Shown: positions 39,531 through 54,394 of the stretch, piece by piece
How the letters are laid out: each line of letters begins with the position of its first letter
Position numbering within the stretch: the first letter of the stretch is position 1
Made by a program: the position numbers and the translations under genes
Source of the DNA: the human T2T-CHM13v2.0 reference genome, Homo sapiens
NCBI RefSeq assembly: GCF_009914755.1
Contig: NC_060935.1
Strand: one strand, 5' to 3'
Length of the DNA: 64,000 bases
Notes under the pieces: generated by a model
The model's input: only the letters and a program-made list of their open reading frames with translations
The model's database searches: none
What the model was told of the DNA's origin: nothing

Positions 39531-40963
39531 AATATGTTCTTTAAAACATCATTAATTTTTAAAAATACATTATTTATAATGCTGTTTTGATATTTTCTTA
39601 ATCTACACATCTTATAATCCTGCCCCCAAGCAATTTGGTTCTTAGTTAATCCATGCTGCCTCCTAGTGACCATTGCATTTTCTGGATGTTCTAATAAAAT
39701 GTCAAATGGTCATCATCAGGAAATTCTGCTCCCAATATCATCCATAATACAGGAAAAAGTCAGCAACAACAGACTTAATATAAATCTGAATCTCTATGAG
39801 AGAACATCTTTCCACCATGCTCCATGCTGAGAAGTAAGGATTTGTAAGCCTCCCTCCTATGGCTGCTTTCCAAATATCTGATTCCAAAGGCCCATCCAAT
39901 ATGGTGGTGGGGTGGTCCTGATAATCACCAATAGATGCATCAGGGCAGTATTTGAAAGTCTTCATTCATTGAACATTTTCTGAGCCATGTACTGTGCTGA
40001 GTAATTTTACTATACTGAGGAAGCTTAAAGTCAAATCCTATTGTAAAGGAATGACCTCAGGTTTGTTTTTCTTATCTCCTACATCTAACACGGAGATATA
40101 GATTTTACCCTTACAGACTTGTTATGCAACGTGTGTAAGCTAAACACTTAGGTGAGAGCTTTGCATGGTGTAAAAGATTGCTTTTTCCCTCTTTTTAATT
40201 TTTTAAAATTCTTACCCTAGAGCTGATTTTACCTGAAAAATGCCTGTTATATAAGAAGAGTTAGATAATCATCTCAATGAATGCCTGAATGGCTTTCGAT
40301 AAAGTCCAACATCCTGTTTGTAAAAATAGGAGATAAAAACACAAGAATAGAAATAAGCAGACACTGGATTAAAAAAATGCAGCAATAACAATAGCATCTT
40401 CTATGAGCAAGGCACTTAGAGGTTTGCAAAGAAATTTGCATATATTGCTTCATTGAATTCTTACAATAACCTTATGAGGGGAGCAAGGAAGAGGTTATTT
40501 TCCTTCCTATTTTACAAATGATGAGCCTAAGTCACGGGGCTTTTAGGAGACTTGCACTTGAACAGGGTGAGGTTACATCCTTTGAGTAATTGGCATAATT
40601 GTCAGAGTCCTGTGGGGATCCCGGCTGGAACTGATGTTTCTTAGATATGTCCTACAAGACTTAGAAAGCAGCATGAATGTTGAATCTCTAAGTCTTTAAA
40701 TGAAACTAAGGTCAATTTTTAGCCTATGTGCTGCAATTCAATGGGTACAATTTACATGGTGATTCTCTAGTTTTGTGTGATAGGGCCATAATAACACAGC
40801 TAATGCATTTTCAAGGAAAATAACCTACATATAATAATGGAATAATAGATTTGGGGCTATTGGGTGGTACAAAACACTTTGACTTCGGAGTCAGGAGATC
40901 CGGGTTCTAATCATGTCCCTGTCAGTAACTATATATGAACTTGGGAAAGTTACTTAATCTTTC

Positions 40964-43607
40964 TTTCTTTTAACTTTCATTTTAAGTTCAGGGGTACACG
41001 TGCAGATTTGTTATATATGTAAACTTGTGTCATGGAGATTTGTAGTACAGATTATTTCATCACCCAGGTATTAAGCCTAGTACCTATTAGTTATTTTTCC
41101 TGATCCTCTCCCTCCTTCCAATCTCCAACCTCCAATAGGGTCCACTGTGTGTTGTTCACCTCTATGTGTCCATGTGTTCTCATCATTTAGCTTCCACTTA
41201 TAAGTGAGAAAATGCAGTATTTGGTTTTCTGTTCCTGCATTACTTTGCTGTAAATAAGGGCCTCCAGTTCCATCCATGTTCCTGCAAAGGATATGATCTC
41301 GTTCTTTTTCATGGCTGCATAGTATTCCATGATTTATATGTATCACATTTTCTTTATCCAGTCTACCATTGATGGGCATTTAGGTTGATTCCATGTCTTT
41401 GCTATTGTAAATAGTGCTACAATGAATATATGTGTGCATGTATCTTTATGGTAGAATTATTTATATTCCTTTGGATATATACCCAGTAATGGGATTGCTG
41501 GGTTGAATGGTATTTCTGTTTTTAGGTCTCTAAGGAATTGCCACACTGTTGTCCACATTGGTTGAACTAATTTACACTCCATCAACAGTGTATAAGTGTT
41601 CCTTTTTCTTCACAACCTCACCAACATCTGTTATTTTTAGATTTTTTAATAATAGTAATTCTGACTGATGTGAGATGGTATCTCACTGTGATTTTCTTTT
41701 CTTTTTTTTTTTCTGAGACAGAGGGTCTCACTCTGTTACCAGGCTGGAGGGCAATCTCAGTTCACTGCAACCTCCACCTCCCAGGCTTAAGTGAGCCTCC
41801 CACCTCAGCCTCCTGAGTAGCCAGAAGTACAGGAAAGCACCACTATACCTGGCTAATTTTTGTATTTTTGTAGAGTTGGGTTTTTTGTAGCGATGTTGCA
41901 CAAGCTGGTCTCGAACTCCTGAGCTCAAGCAATCTGCTCAACTCAGCCTCCCAAAGTGCTGGGACTATAGGCATGAGCCACAACACTGGGCCTTCCTTGT
42001 TTTAATTTGCATTTCTCTAACGATGAGTGATGTTGAGCTTTTTTTCATATGATGGTTGGCCACATGTATGTCTTCTTTTTAAAAGTGTTCATGTCCTTTT
42101 GGCCACTTTCTAATGGGGTGGTTTGGGTATTTTTGGAAATTTGTTTAAGTTCCTTATAGATGCTGGATATCAGGCCTTTGTCAGATGCATAGTTTGCCAA
42201 AAATTTCTCCCATTCTGTAGGTTGTCTGTTCACTCTGTTGATAGTTTATTTTTGCTGTGCAGAAGCTCTTTAGTTTAACTGGAATGCATTTGTCAATTTT
42301 TGCTTTTGTTGTCATTGTCATGAAATGTTTGCCCATTCTTATGTCCAGAATGGAATTACCTACATTGTCTTCCAGTGTTTTTATAGTTTTGGGTTTTTAA
42401 GTCTTTAATCCATCTTAAGTTGATTTTTGTATATGGTGTAAGGAAGGAGTCCAGTTTCAATCTTTTGCATATGACTAGCCAGTTATCCCAGCACCACTTA
42501 TTGAAAAAAGAGTCCTTTCCCCATTGCTTCTTTTTGTCAGCTTTGTCAAAGATCAGATAGCTGTAGGTGTGTGGTCTTATTTCTGGCTCTCTATTCTTTT
42601 CCATTGGGCTATGTGTCTCTTTTCATACCAATACCATGCTGTTTTGGTTACTGTAGCCTTGCAGTATAGTTTGAAGTCAGATAATGTAATGCCTCTGGCT
42701 TTATTCTTTTTGCTTAGGATTGCCTTGGCTATTTGGACACTTTTTTGGTTCCATATGAATTTTAAAGTAGTTTTTTTCTAGTTCTGTGAAGAATGTCATT
42801 GGTAGTTTAATAGGAATAGCATTGAGTCTATAAATTGCTTTGGGCAGTATGGCCATTTTAATGATATTCATTCTTCCTATCCATAAGCATAGAATGTTTT
42901 TCCATTTGTTTGTGTCATCTCTGATTTCTTTGAGCAGCGTTTTGTAATTGTCGTTGTAGAGATCTTTCACCTCCCTGGTTAGCTGTATCCCTAGGTATTT
43001 TATTCTTTTTGTGGCAGTTGTGAAGGGGATTACATTCCTGATTTGGCTCTCAGCTTGGCTGATGTTAGCTTATAGGAATGCTGGTGATTTTTGCACATTG
43101 ATTTTGTATTCTGAAACTTTGCTAAAGTTGTTTATCAGTTGAAAGAGCTTTCAGTTTGAGACTACGGGGTTTTCTAGACATAGAATCATGTCAACTGAAA
43201 ACAAGAATAGTGTGACTTCCTCTCTTCCTATTTGGATGCCCTTTATTTTTCTTGCCTGATTGCTCTGGCCAGGACTTCCAATACTATGTTAAATAGGAGT
43301 GGTGGGAGAGGGCACCCTTGTCTTCTGCTGGTTTTCAAGAGGAATGCTTCCAGCTTTTGCCCACTCAGTACGATGTTGGCTGTGTGTTTGTCACAGATGG
43401 TTCTTATTATTTAATGGTATGTTCCTTAAATGCCTAGTTTATTGAGAGTTTTTAACATGAAGGCGTGTTTTATCAAAAGCCTTTTCTACATCTGTGGAGA
43501 TAATCATGAGGTTTTTGTCTTCATTTTCTGTTTATGTGATGAATCACATTTATTGATTTGTGCATGTTGAACCAACTTTGCATCCCAGGGATAAAGCCTA
43601 CTTGATC
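40964..43607 (-). mobile_element. Older L1PA (about PA11-PA16), 5'-truncated, inserted in a MIR (40860-43745)
   Basis: Several ORF2 fragments on minus strand ([24 protein letters not shown]); TSD tactt(a/g)atc(t/c)ttc; MIR halves on both sides. Confidence 0.92.
41691..41992 (-). mobile_element. Alu (J-like) nested in L1
   Basis: Poly-T plus Alu dimer interrupting the L1. Confidence 0.88.
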
Positions 43608-43818
43608 TACTTGATCCTTCATTTTAGTTTCCTCATTCATGAAGTGGTGAGTAATACACAGGGTTTGTTGTGTTAAAAAAGAAAACATATGTAAAGGCTA
43701 CTGCCTAGTGCCTGATACATAGTAGGTATTCAATAATTATTGGTATACTTCCTGCTCACCATTTTTCCCGTCTTTGAGGGACTTGATTTTATCTATAAAA
43801 TCAGAATATGTGGTGGAT

Positions 43819-43949
43819 CAGTGGTTCTCAAAGTGTGTGTCCTAGATGAGTAACATCAGCATCACCTGAAACAGTTTTTGAAAAGTCTTGAGCCCCACCT
43901 CAAATCAGAAACTCTGCAGACAGAACCTAGAAATCTGTGTTTCGACCAG
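43819..43949. mobile_element. MER5A fragment
   Basis: cagtggttctcaaagtgtg...catcagcatcacctg...aatcagaaactctg. Confidence 0.75.
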
Positions 43950-43950
43950 C

Positions 43951-45362
43951 TGTGATAGCCAGACTCCGAGATGGTCTCCAATGATGTCCACCTCCTGGAA
44001 TGTATACTCTTGTGTAGTCCTATTCCACCTGGTACCAGAATTGATCTGTCTGATGACTAAAATGCATCAGAAGTTACGGCTATCTCTTCCGAGATTAGAT
44101 TACAAATTACACTATGGCTTGATCATTCTCTTGATCTCTTTCTTGGATTACTGGCTTTGGGAAAGCCAGCTTCCAGGTCTTTAGGATATTCTAGCAACCT
44201 TATGGAGAGGCCCATGTGGTGAGAAACAGAGATCTCACCTTGAGCCATGTATGTGAGCCCATTTGGAAATGGTTCATTCAGCCCCATTCAAGTCTTCAGA
44301 TAACTGCAGGCCCAACAAGCACCTTGATTGCAGTTTCAGAGAGACCCTGAGCCAGAACAACTCTGCTAAGCCATTTCTGGATTCCCGACCCACAGACACT
44401 ATGTGAGACAATGAACGTGTGTTATCTTTTTTTGAAATAAATCTTTTTTTATTATACTTTAAGTTCTAGGGTACATGTGCACAACATGCAGGTTTGTTAC
44501 ATATGTATACACGTGCCATGTTGGTGTGCTGCACCCATTAACTTGTCATTGACATTAGGTATATCTCCTAATGCTATCCCTCCCTCCTCCCTCCACCCCA
44601 CAACAGGCCCCAGTGTGTGATGTTCCCCTTCCTGTGTCCAAGTGTTCTCATTGTTCAATTCCCACCTATGAATGAGAAAATGCGGTGTTTGGTTTTCTGT
44701 CCTTGCGATAGTTTCTTCAGAATGATGGTTTCCAGCTTCATCCATGTCCCTACAAAGGATGTGAACTCATCCTTTTTTATTGCTGCATAGTATTCCATGG
44801 TGTATATGTGCCACATTTTCTTTATCCAGTCTATCATTGATGGACATTTGGGTTGGTTCCAAGTCTTTGCTAGTGTCAATAGTGCCGCAATAAACATACA
44901 TGTGCATGTGTCTTTATAGCAGCATGATTTATAATCCTTTGAGTATATATCCAGTAATGGGATGGCTGGGTCAAATGGTATTTCTAGTTCTAGATCCCTG
45001 AGGAATTGCCACACTGTCTTCCACAATGGTTGAACTAGTTTACAGTCCCACCAACGTGTAAAAGTGTTCCTATTTCTCCACATCCTCTCCAGCACCTGTT
45101 GTTTCCTGACTTTTTAAATGATTGTCATTCTAACTGGTGTGAGATGGTATCTCACTGTGGTTTTGATTTGCATTTCTCTGATGGCCAGTGATGGTGAGCA
45201 TTTTTTCATGTGTCTTTTGGCTGCATAAATGTCTTCTTTTGAGAAGTGTCTGTTCATATCCTTAACCCACTTGTTGATGGGAAACAAATTTACAAGAATG
45301 TGTGTTATCTTAAGCTGCTAATTTTTGGAGTAATTTGTTACACAGCAATAGCTAGCTAATAG
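43951..45362 (+). mobile_element. MLT1F-like MaLR LTR split by L1
   Basis: tgtgatagccagactccgagatggtctccaatgat ... taagctgctaatttttggagtaatttgttacacagcaatag. Confidence 0.75.
44429..45298 (-). mobile_element. L1PA5/6-like 3' fragment with a 17-bp 5' inversion
   Basis: ORF2 C-terminus in ORF 44655-45095(-); TSD gaa(c/t)gtgtgttatctt; inverted aaacaaatttacaagaa at 45282-45298. Confidence 0.92.
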
Positions 45363-45497
45363 ATAACAAGGCCCCCAGATGAGTCTGTTGCATACTTAAG
45401 TGTGAATACCATTGGGATAGATGACAACTAAGCTTTTTTCAAGCTCAAAAATTTTGGAATTTTGTGGCCAATGTTGGAAATTAAAATGCAAGCAAGA

Positions 45498-45874
<377 letters not shown>

Positions 45875-45904
45875 TTAGCCCCTGGAGAACTTGTTGCAGG
45901 CCTG

Positions 45905-46115
45905 GCCATCAAAATTCAAGGAAAAATTGGCAGAGCTGGAGAAATTCCAGAGAAGGGCAACTGAGAGAAGTTGCAGCTGAGTCCCTACCTGCCCATCGAT
46001 TCTAAGACAAACAGGACTCTATTGTTGGAAATGCTCAGAGATGATGTTGCCAAAGTCTACAAAATCACAAGGCACATGGTTAGGACTGTGGACTTATTAC
46101 CCAAGTTCAGGAAAA
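45905..46115 (+). mobile_element. CR1/L3-like ancient LINE fragment
   Basis: gagctggagaaattccagagaagggcaact (LEKFQRRAT) and aaagtctacaaaatc (KVYKI), CR1 ORF2 C-terminal motifs. Confidence 0.6.
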
Positions 46116-47979
46116 GAAGAGTTAATGGCAGCAAATGTAGTGGATGTGGTGGAAAGGACCCAGGCTTCAGAGTCAGACGAACTAGGCTCTGCTTCGTAGA
46201 AGCCAGTCACTTGGGGGAAAATTCTGTCAACTCTGATTTAATCATCATCTTCACCTGGAGAAATGGGGATAAGAATATTCACTTAGTAGCCCTAAAATGA
46301 GAATTCACTTTGCTGTGTTTAAAGAGCATGCCACAAACACATTTTCAAGTAGTGATTACTGTCATGAGAAATGAATGCAATAAAGGGTGGCCTTTTTGTG
46401 AGCATCCCTTCGTACATGTCATCTGTGCTTTCATATCTTTAGAGGTAACCTGAGCTGAACCTTCAACTAGAGTCTATGTGGGTTTAAATGAACTTGGGAG
46501 TTAGTTTATAATGGGCTATAAGGTAAATGACAGGTGTTTGAGTAGTACCATATATTTTAGAGATCGATTTTGCAGAAATTAAACATCCCATCCTTGGGCA
46601 CACAGTCCTTGGTACATTAGGACAAGGATTCAAGGGGCAAAATCCTGAACCAGTGGATCATCAGAATCCCCAAGGCAGCATCAGGATTTTCAATGATCCT
46701 TCAGGCAGATGACAGTGCAGAGGGAAGGATGACATGATAGCATATCAAAACCAAGGGATGAATTTGCTGCTTCAGGCCAGTGTGTCCAGCCAGAGTTTCT
46801 GGGTAGCGACTTTTTCTTCCATTCAAAACTTGGGTTGGAACTGGAGAGTAATTCTTCTAATAATCTACACCCACTGGCAGCTATTTTCCTTGAATATAAA
46901 CTCCTTCTTGCATGTTACAAATATTCCAAAAAATCTGCCCATAGTTGCAAACAACTCCCTTCCCTTAGAAACTATTACAGATTTAAATAAGTAATCACTC
47001 CAGAAAGTAGATAATTCATCCCATTTTCCATTTGTGACCCACCTTGCAGCTGTCCCCCTGACATGCCTTAGTTGTTTTCTGTCACAACCCTATTGTTTGG
47101 GAAAATATTCTCATCTGGTTACACGACTGTTGAAACTTGCCTGTAAAATGATGAGCCACTTGCGGCAATGCCACAGCCTAGGGAATTAGTTGCTATTAAA
47201 ATCGTGTTCAAACCAGGGCGTTGCCAAGGTGCCGACGTCTTGGGAAGCTGCCTGGAGGGCTTTGGCTCTCTAACAAAGACTTGAAGATGGCAGAATCTCA
47301 GTGGGGTTTCTAAATCATGGACAGGCAGACAATTTGAGGCCACAATCGCCTGGAGACCACTCTAAAAGCCTTAGTGAGTGAAACCTCCTGGGTTTTAAAA
47401 GCTTTTAATTCACAAGAGCCAGATGTGGCCAATGTGGGCAGGTAAAGTAGGGAAGCTTTGAGCTGAGAACCAAAGCCAGAAAAAAGAAAGGTGAAGAAAA
47501 GCATGTCATTGACCCATTTTTCACTTTCTCCATCATATGCAGCTATTCATAAACCCAGAACACTTATCCAAATAGCAATTAATACACAGACTAGCATGTT
47601 CCTGCTTGTACCTGAAAGTTGTAAATGGCAGTAAAGTCAGCCGTGTGTAAATGGTGTAGTGACGTGTGTGAGACATACCAGCACAAGACATGCCCACACT
47701 TTTCATTTTTTGTCAAGTCTGGATTAGCCTGAGAGAGGGGACTGTAGGCGTGAATCATACAGCCAAGGACCTGGAGTCTCTCCTTTTGTGTTAGTGTGGG
47801 ATGTATCAGAATAATGGTCCTCGCAGCAGGCTGGTGCTTCCAGTGGCATTTTTCTCAGGCTAATGTTAAAGTTAATTTGCATTCCCTGATCCCACCCAGA
47901 CTCTTCTTTCCAGGGTCAGTGAGGTGGAAGGGGGAGTGGGTTGAAGCTGTCAAGAAGCTCTGTAGACTTGTCCTTGTAT

Positions 47980-48560
47980 AAGTGGTCTTCACATTTTTCT
48001 TTTACTGTCATACTTTCTAAAAGAATTTTGAAAACCTATATGCATTTGCACATTTTTAAGTTGACATCTATAATATTTCATCATTAAGCAGCTGCAAATC
48101 ATGTAATTTATGGTACATTGCCCATATTAATTTTTAAAATTAAACTGACATATGATTATTGTAAATGTATCCAGTGGGATGTAAATATTCTACACCTCAA
48201 TTCCCACCATAGTCTTATGAAGTACTGTATGTATGCAAATCTATGTTAGCTGACAAACATTTAACATTGTTGCTTGCTCTTCTTAAATTTCGACTTTCAT
48301 TTCATTCCACATACTGTATTTTAACCTAGTATATCATTTTAACCTATTTTAAAGAAACTTATTACTCAATATCTTTTCCGCAGCAAAACTAAGACTACAT
48401 TGAAGGTTTTATTTATTTTTATTTCCAGTGAAATAGGTGTTCAATTTATCTGATAATCTTTTGGTAAAAGCAAACAAAAAGGAGTCTAGATAAGTGTTCA
48501 CAATAATATAAAACACTTCTCACTTCTTATGTGTTATTTTTACTTTAAAAAAGGTAACGT
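47980..48560. mobile_element. hAT-Charlie (Charlie4-like) fragment
   Basis: taaaagaattttgaaaacctata...gcacatttttaagttgacatcta; recalled consensus; right boundary uncertain. Confidence 0.6.
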
Positions 48561-50035
48561 TGGTTTGTTTTTTAAGTTAAACATGAAACTTATCACCTCC
48601 TTTTCCTTGAAATACAGAACATGCAAATGAGACATGGACCAAGACCAAATGAATGAGAGTTATCTCCAAGCTCTTTCCCTTTGCAAAAAAATAAAGAAAA
48701 TGCAGAGAGAGCACACTTCCTAGGAAATGAATATTTCCCAGCATGATTTTTATGAATGCTGAGCATTCTAAATCTACAGGAGGGAGACAGAGAGAGAGAG
48801 ATGTTGGAGCCTTGCCCTGTGTGTATTGGTTAGAGAGGAGACAGGCCCAGCTGCTTCTATTACTTCTCACCTGCACTCTCTGCTGTATTCTAACAGGATT
48901 TGCTGTCAGAAGTAAGGCATTCCTTGATAATATTTGCTCCAGAGAAGTGGTTAAGTGAAAAGTGTCACTCCTCCCTCCTGTAACACTCTACAATACATCT
49001 GAATTTATAACATCCCTATGTGTAAAGCCACACCTCCCTAAAAGCCACACTTTTCTCTTAATGAAAATATGTACTAGGCAGGAGAAGATATAAAGCCCAG
49101 TAACAAATAAAGGAGGTTTCATAAATACTAATATTTGAAATTGTCCCCTTCTTTGGAACCCAGGAGGATTTTTCACTCTGGGGCAAAATCCTATAATAAA
49201 ATTGGGATGGATGATAGGTGCCCTCTTTCCTTTGTAAAGTAAGAGAAGGGCAGTGCAACCTCTGTTCAAATGCGAAAAAAAAAAAAAAGGAAAACAAAAC
49301 AAAACAAACGAACAAACAAAAGTCCAACTCCAAAGGCCTGCATGAACATGCTTGCCACCTGAAACAGATGAAGTGTAGCTTCTGTCTCGCCGTATTTCAC
49401 TTCTGCCTTTTGCATCTCATGTGGATATGTCTGATTGGCAGAGCCTAAATCTCATGCAGAACTCTAGCTGTATTGGGTCTGGCAAATACAGACTTTCCCT
49501 TCCAGCCTCTGCATTATAAGAAAGCATTGAGAAGATTGGCATGGATATTGAACAATCCAATCCTCACTCTCCATGCAGCTGGAAAAGCCTATAAAGTGAC
49601 GGCGAGACCTTGAAAGATGGAAAGGTTTAAATGGCCATCTCTAACTCAGCAAGAGATGAATTGAACTTATTGTCTCCGCCCCTGTTTTCCAAACACCTAA
49701 TCATGTACCAACCCTATTCTTCACCTATGCTTCACATTTCAGTGATGACACCAGTATTTACTCAAGAAATCTGAATATCTGTTTTTGTTCTTTCTCCTTC
49801 CTCCCACTCCATTGTATCAATTCTATCCACTCAGATCTCTTATATCTTGTTCCTCCTCTCCTTCCTCATTGCCAATGTCTTATTTAAAGCCTTCATCCTC
49901 TCTCATCTGGACATTTGTACTTACTCTCTCACTTGCCTCCCTGCCACCAGTCTCTGAGCTCCATAGTACTGCCAAAGTAATATTATGAAAACATAAATTG
50001 ATTAAATAATTCAATGATTTTTCCATCTCCTTAAG

Positions 50036-50203
50036 CAACAGTTCTCAGCCCTGGCTGCACATTAGAGTCCCCTGGGGAGCTTTTAAGGTCCCAACGTCCA
50101 AGCCATTTGCCAGTTCAATTCAATCAGAATCTCTGGGTAGGACCCAAACATAAATATTTTTAAAACTCCCCCACCAATGCTCAGCCAAGGTTAAGAACTG
50201 CCG
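50036..50203. mobile_element. MER5A/B-like MITE within an L2 remnant (~49600-50950)
   Basis: gttctcagccctggctgcacattagagtcccctggggagc...aatcagaatctctggg...ccaaggttaagaactg. Confidence 0.78.
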
Positions 50204-50489
50204 TTGCATGCAGGCCATTCTCAGTCCAGCTTCAGAGTCACAGGCTGTCATTCCCCACATGTAAACTCCAACCACACCAAATATCTTTCAGTTCCCAGAC
50301 ATGTTCTGCCCCTCACCTCTCTGGCTTTGCATGGCATGCTTCCTGCCACTGCCTGGAACTCCCTTTCTCCTCCTTTGACCTGGAAAACTCCTACATATCC
50401 ATGAGTACACTTACCCATGGAGGGTGTGCACCCTACACTTTGCACACTTACAATTACAGCACTTCCCACACTGTATAAGAGTTAGTTTA

Positions 50490-50825
<336 letters not shown>

Positions 50826-51849
50826 TTAGATCCGTTGCTCATTGAAAATGGGAAGGAGTCATCTCTCTGTCTCCAGGGCCTAGCACATTTCAGGGGATTC
50901 TCAGCACACATGGGCCAAATGAGTGAGTGAATGAATTAATGAATTAATGAGGCATAGATGAAGCCGTTGACTCTATGCGCTTCACCTACTCCTCCAACTC
51001 ACTACGCTGTTCTAAGGATGTTAATTACAGGGAAGGCCCACGCCCAATTTTTTTCTCCATCAAACATTCTCATTTATATTTCTTGGGCTACAGTGGAACA
51101 TGAAAACAAATGCTAAAAGCAATACAACGCTGATGCGACATTAATATCTGATTCCTCTTCTTTAGGGTAGAGGAAATATGTTGTCTGGTTCTACGTGGAC
51201 GCTCAACTCATTTTGTACTATTATTGTGATTACCATTATTATTGTTATTAGGTAATCCTAATCTGGGTCCATTACATCAAAACACACACCTTTAGATGTC
51301 AGGGCTTTTATACTCCTTATGGAGAACTCTCGGTCTCGTTGCCTGCAATTATTCAAGTATCTTTTACCTGTAATTCAATAACTCTGATTATCCTGTTGCA
51401 AATTCCCTATGGACACCTATGCAATGCTGGAAGTATAGTTATTTTTCTCCTTCAAGATCTGCTGCCTGTATGCTCTTTCTTGACCTTTTCCCCTCTTGCT
51501 CTTCTTCACCCACCTCAACCCACCCCATGCCAACTTTCACCTGAGCACTCCCTCGTCTCCCTGTGTCTTGCTTTTCACAGGGGAGGTCAGAGGTTAGGTG
51601 CAAGTGAGCACTACTTGCAAAAGTCTCTCCACCTTGCAGAAATCATACTTGGGTTACTCCCTTTATTACATGCTCAGACGCTTGACCAGCAATAAAGAAC
51701 TGGAAGCTTTTCTGATTAAGCATTTAGTGACCATCAGAGCAGCACTACATTTAGAGACTGGGTAAAAATCGTCTCTTGAATATATTGCAGGAAGTGCTTT
51801 GAGAACCTCATGACAGCCTCAACCTGGGCATAACACTTTAAAATAAAGT

Positions 51850-52440
51850 TTTTTTGTGATCTTTTCCTTCACTACAAAAAAATGGACATTTTTTAAAACT
51901 GGAAAATACAGGAATGTATACAGAAGAAAATAAAAATCTCATATAATCCTATCAGTAAGAAAAAAACACTGTTAATTGTTAAATTGCATTAAAAAAACAC
52001 TGTTAATTGTTAAATTGTATTTATTCTATTTTTCCTATAAATAGGAGTTTCTTACACACAGAGTAAGTAGGGCTTTATACGGTTCTGTTTCCTGATATCT
52101 CACTGACATTATAATCTAAACACTTCTTCATGCCATTAGAATGTCTTCATAAACACAAATGTAAATGACACATAATATTGTATTTTGTGCAGGTACCAAA
52201 ATTTCCTACCATTCTGATACTGATAAAAATGTATTTTGTTTCAATGATGGTCATAAATGTCTGCATACATTATTATTTCACACATTTCTCACATTTCTCA
52301 TTGTTTCTTTAGGCTAGACTGCTAGAAGTAGAATGACTAGCACAATGAGTATGAATATTTTAAGACAATTGATAAATATTGCCAAATTGCTTTCCAAAAC
52401 CCTCCAGCAACTTATAATGTAAGCAATAGTGAAAGTCTTC
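51850..52440 (-). mobile_element. L1ME-type 3' remnant
   Basis: tagaagtagaatgactagcacaatgagtatgaatattttaag...tattgccaaattgctttccaaa. Confidence 0.6.
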
Positions 52441-54394
52441 ATCTCGTCAAATCATGGCCTAACTTAACTGCATTATTGCTAAAATGAGCATTGTGTGAAT
52501 AAATAAGTGGTAGAGATTTTTTAATGGGCAGTATATAAATAATCCATTCTAAATGCTGGGGTTCTGGAAATTTTAGCCCTTTCTGGCCACTGTAGAATAG
52601 GCTGTAATAGCCTGTGAGGCTGTGACCTCAAATATTCAGTAGTACAGCACCTGAAGTTAGTTTCTCATCAGAGTATTATATGTGTTGGGTGACTCTTCCA
52701 AGCAGCTCTCCTTCTCAAAGAGGCTGGCTCAGGAACCCAGAAGGCTTCTGCCTTGTAACTTGGCCTTCCCAAAGCCCTTTACTTCCAGCCCTATGATTGG
52801 AAAAGAAAGAGCATGGGGGAGGCACACCCACTTTTAGCTGCCCCAAACTGTAATTATATTTCATTCTTCTCTTTCCTATTCCAAAAAGCAATAATTCAAG
52901 CATTCTTCTGGTGTGATATAAAGTTTAGTCTATGTGGTTTCCCTTTCCCAACTTCTTCTGAAAATCTGCCAAAAAACATTCACATGTTCATAAGTCCACC
53001 TTAGTTGCCATTTGTTTACTGAGCTCCCCACCTTACCCTGCCATTGCTCCACTCTCTATTCAAGCCTTTCCAGGACACACAAGTTTCAAGCCTTTCCAGG
53101 ACACACAATTCACCCCATTTGTGGGCACACACATCCATACCTCTCCCATGATGAGCGCTTCTGGTGTTACTGGCTCCAGGCCTGGATGGTCACTCCTGCT
53201 CAGCCTCTGCATCTCTTAACTCTGTCTTCATCTCTGCTTATTGCCTGGCATGTTCTCTCCATGTGGATGCCCTCGTCAGCTAACACACTTCTGGTTTAGC
53301 AGTCTCCATGCTGAAAGAATGCCTCTTTTCCAATACTTCCTAGGCAAGCAGCAACTACAGACGCTTGCTACTGTGTCCAGACTCATGGGAACTCTTTGAA
53401 GATAAGAAGATGGTCTGAGGAGAGCCAGGATCAAGCGAGGGTGGAATATAGGAGGTGGGAGTCACTGGATCGGAGATGGCAAATGTGTGACAAACATGCT
53501 GCCAGCACTCTCCTCACCCACAGCAAACATGGCTAATCAATCCTGGCCCTCTTAATCCTTTCAATACAGACTCTACCAGTGAGTAGTTGAAACCTATTTA
53601 CTGTTTCTACATTAAACTCTATATTCAGCCAGTAGAGTTCTTAGCACATGATAGGTACTTAGTAAATACTGAATTAACAAAACTGAACCAGAGCTTCATT
53701 TAATCCAGGAGTAAGCTTAGTAACAGGGTGGGTCAAAGATTAGGAACCTGAAGGTCAAATCTTTTCACAGAGTTAGGAACAGGTGCAGTGCCAAAAGCCA
53801 GGAAATCAAAATCAAAGCCCCTAGAATGTCAAGTCACTTGGGCCACTGCAGTAATTCCTAATAGGTCCCCCCACCTCTGGTCTTGGCCCTTCCCACCCTC
53901 AACAATGCCTTCTCCACATCAAAACCACCCCTCACTAGCTTCTTTAAAACCTTTGCTGATTTCTCTTTGCTTTGGGAATAAAAACAAGACACTTCCTACG
54001 GCTTCCAAGGCTGCCAGCCCAAGCCAATGTCTCTTCCTGCAGCCTCACTTCCACACATCCCCCACTGAGCTAAGGAGCTTTACACAGCTACCTCATCTAA
54101 TCGCACCACCCAACCATGAACCAGGCTTGATAGTCTAATTTTATCAGTGACAAATTCTCACCTGGTATTCAGGGAGATTATATGAATTAGCCAAAGTCAT
54201 GAAGCTGCCAAACATAATTTGAATCCATTTCTGTCTGGTTCTGAAGACTGCATTCAGGAATAGATGAGACAATTCCCATTAATTCAGCTTTATTTATCAG
54301 GGACTTTCTTTGCTTTTTACTAAAATAAAATCAAAACAAAAGAGAACTGGCTATTGGTCCATTGGAACCCATACACACATATGCAAAGGGAGGG

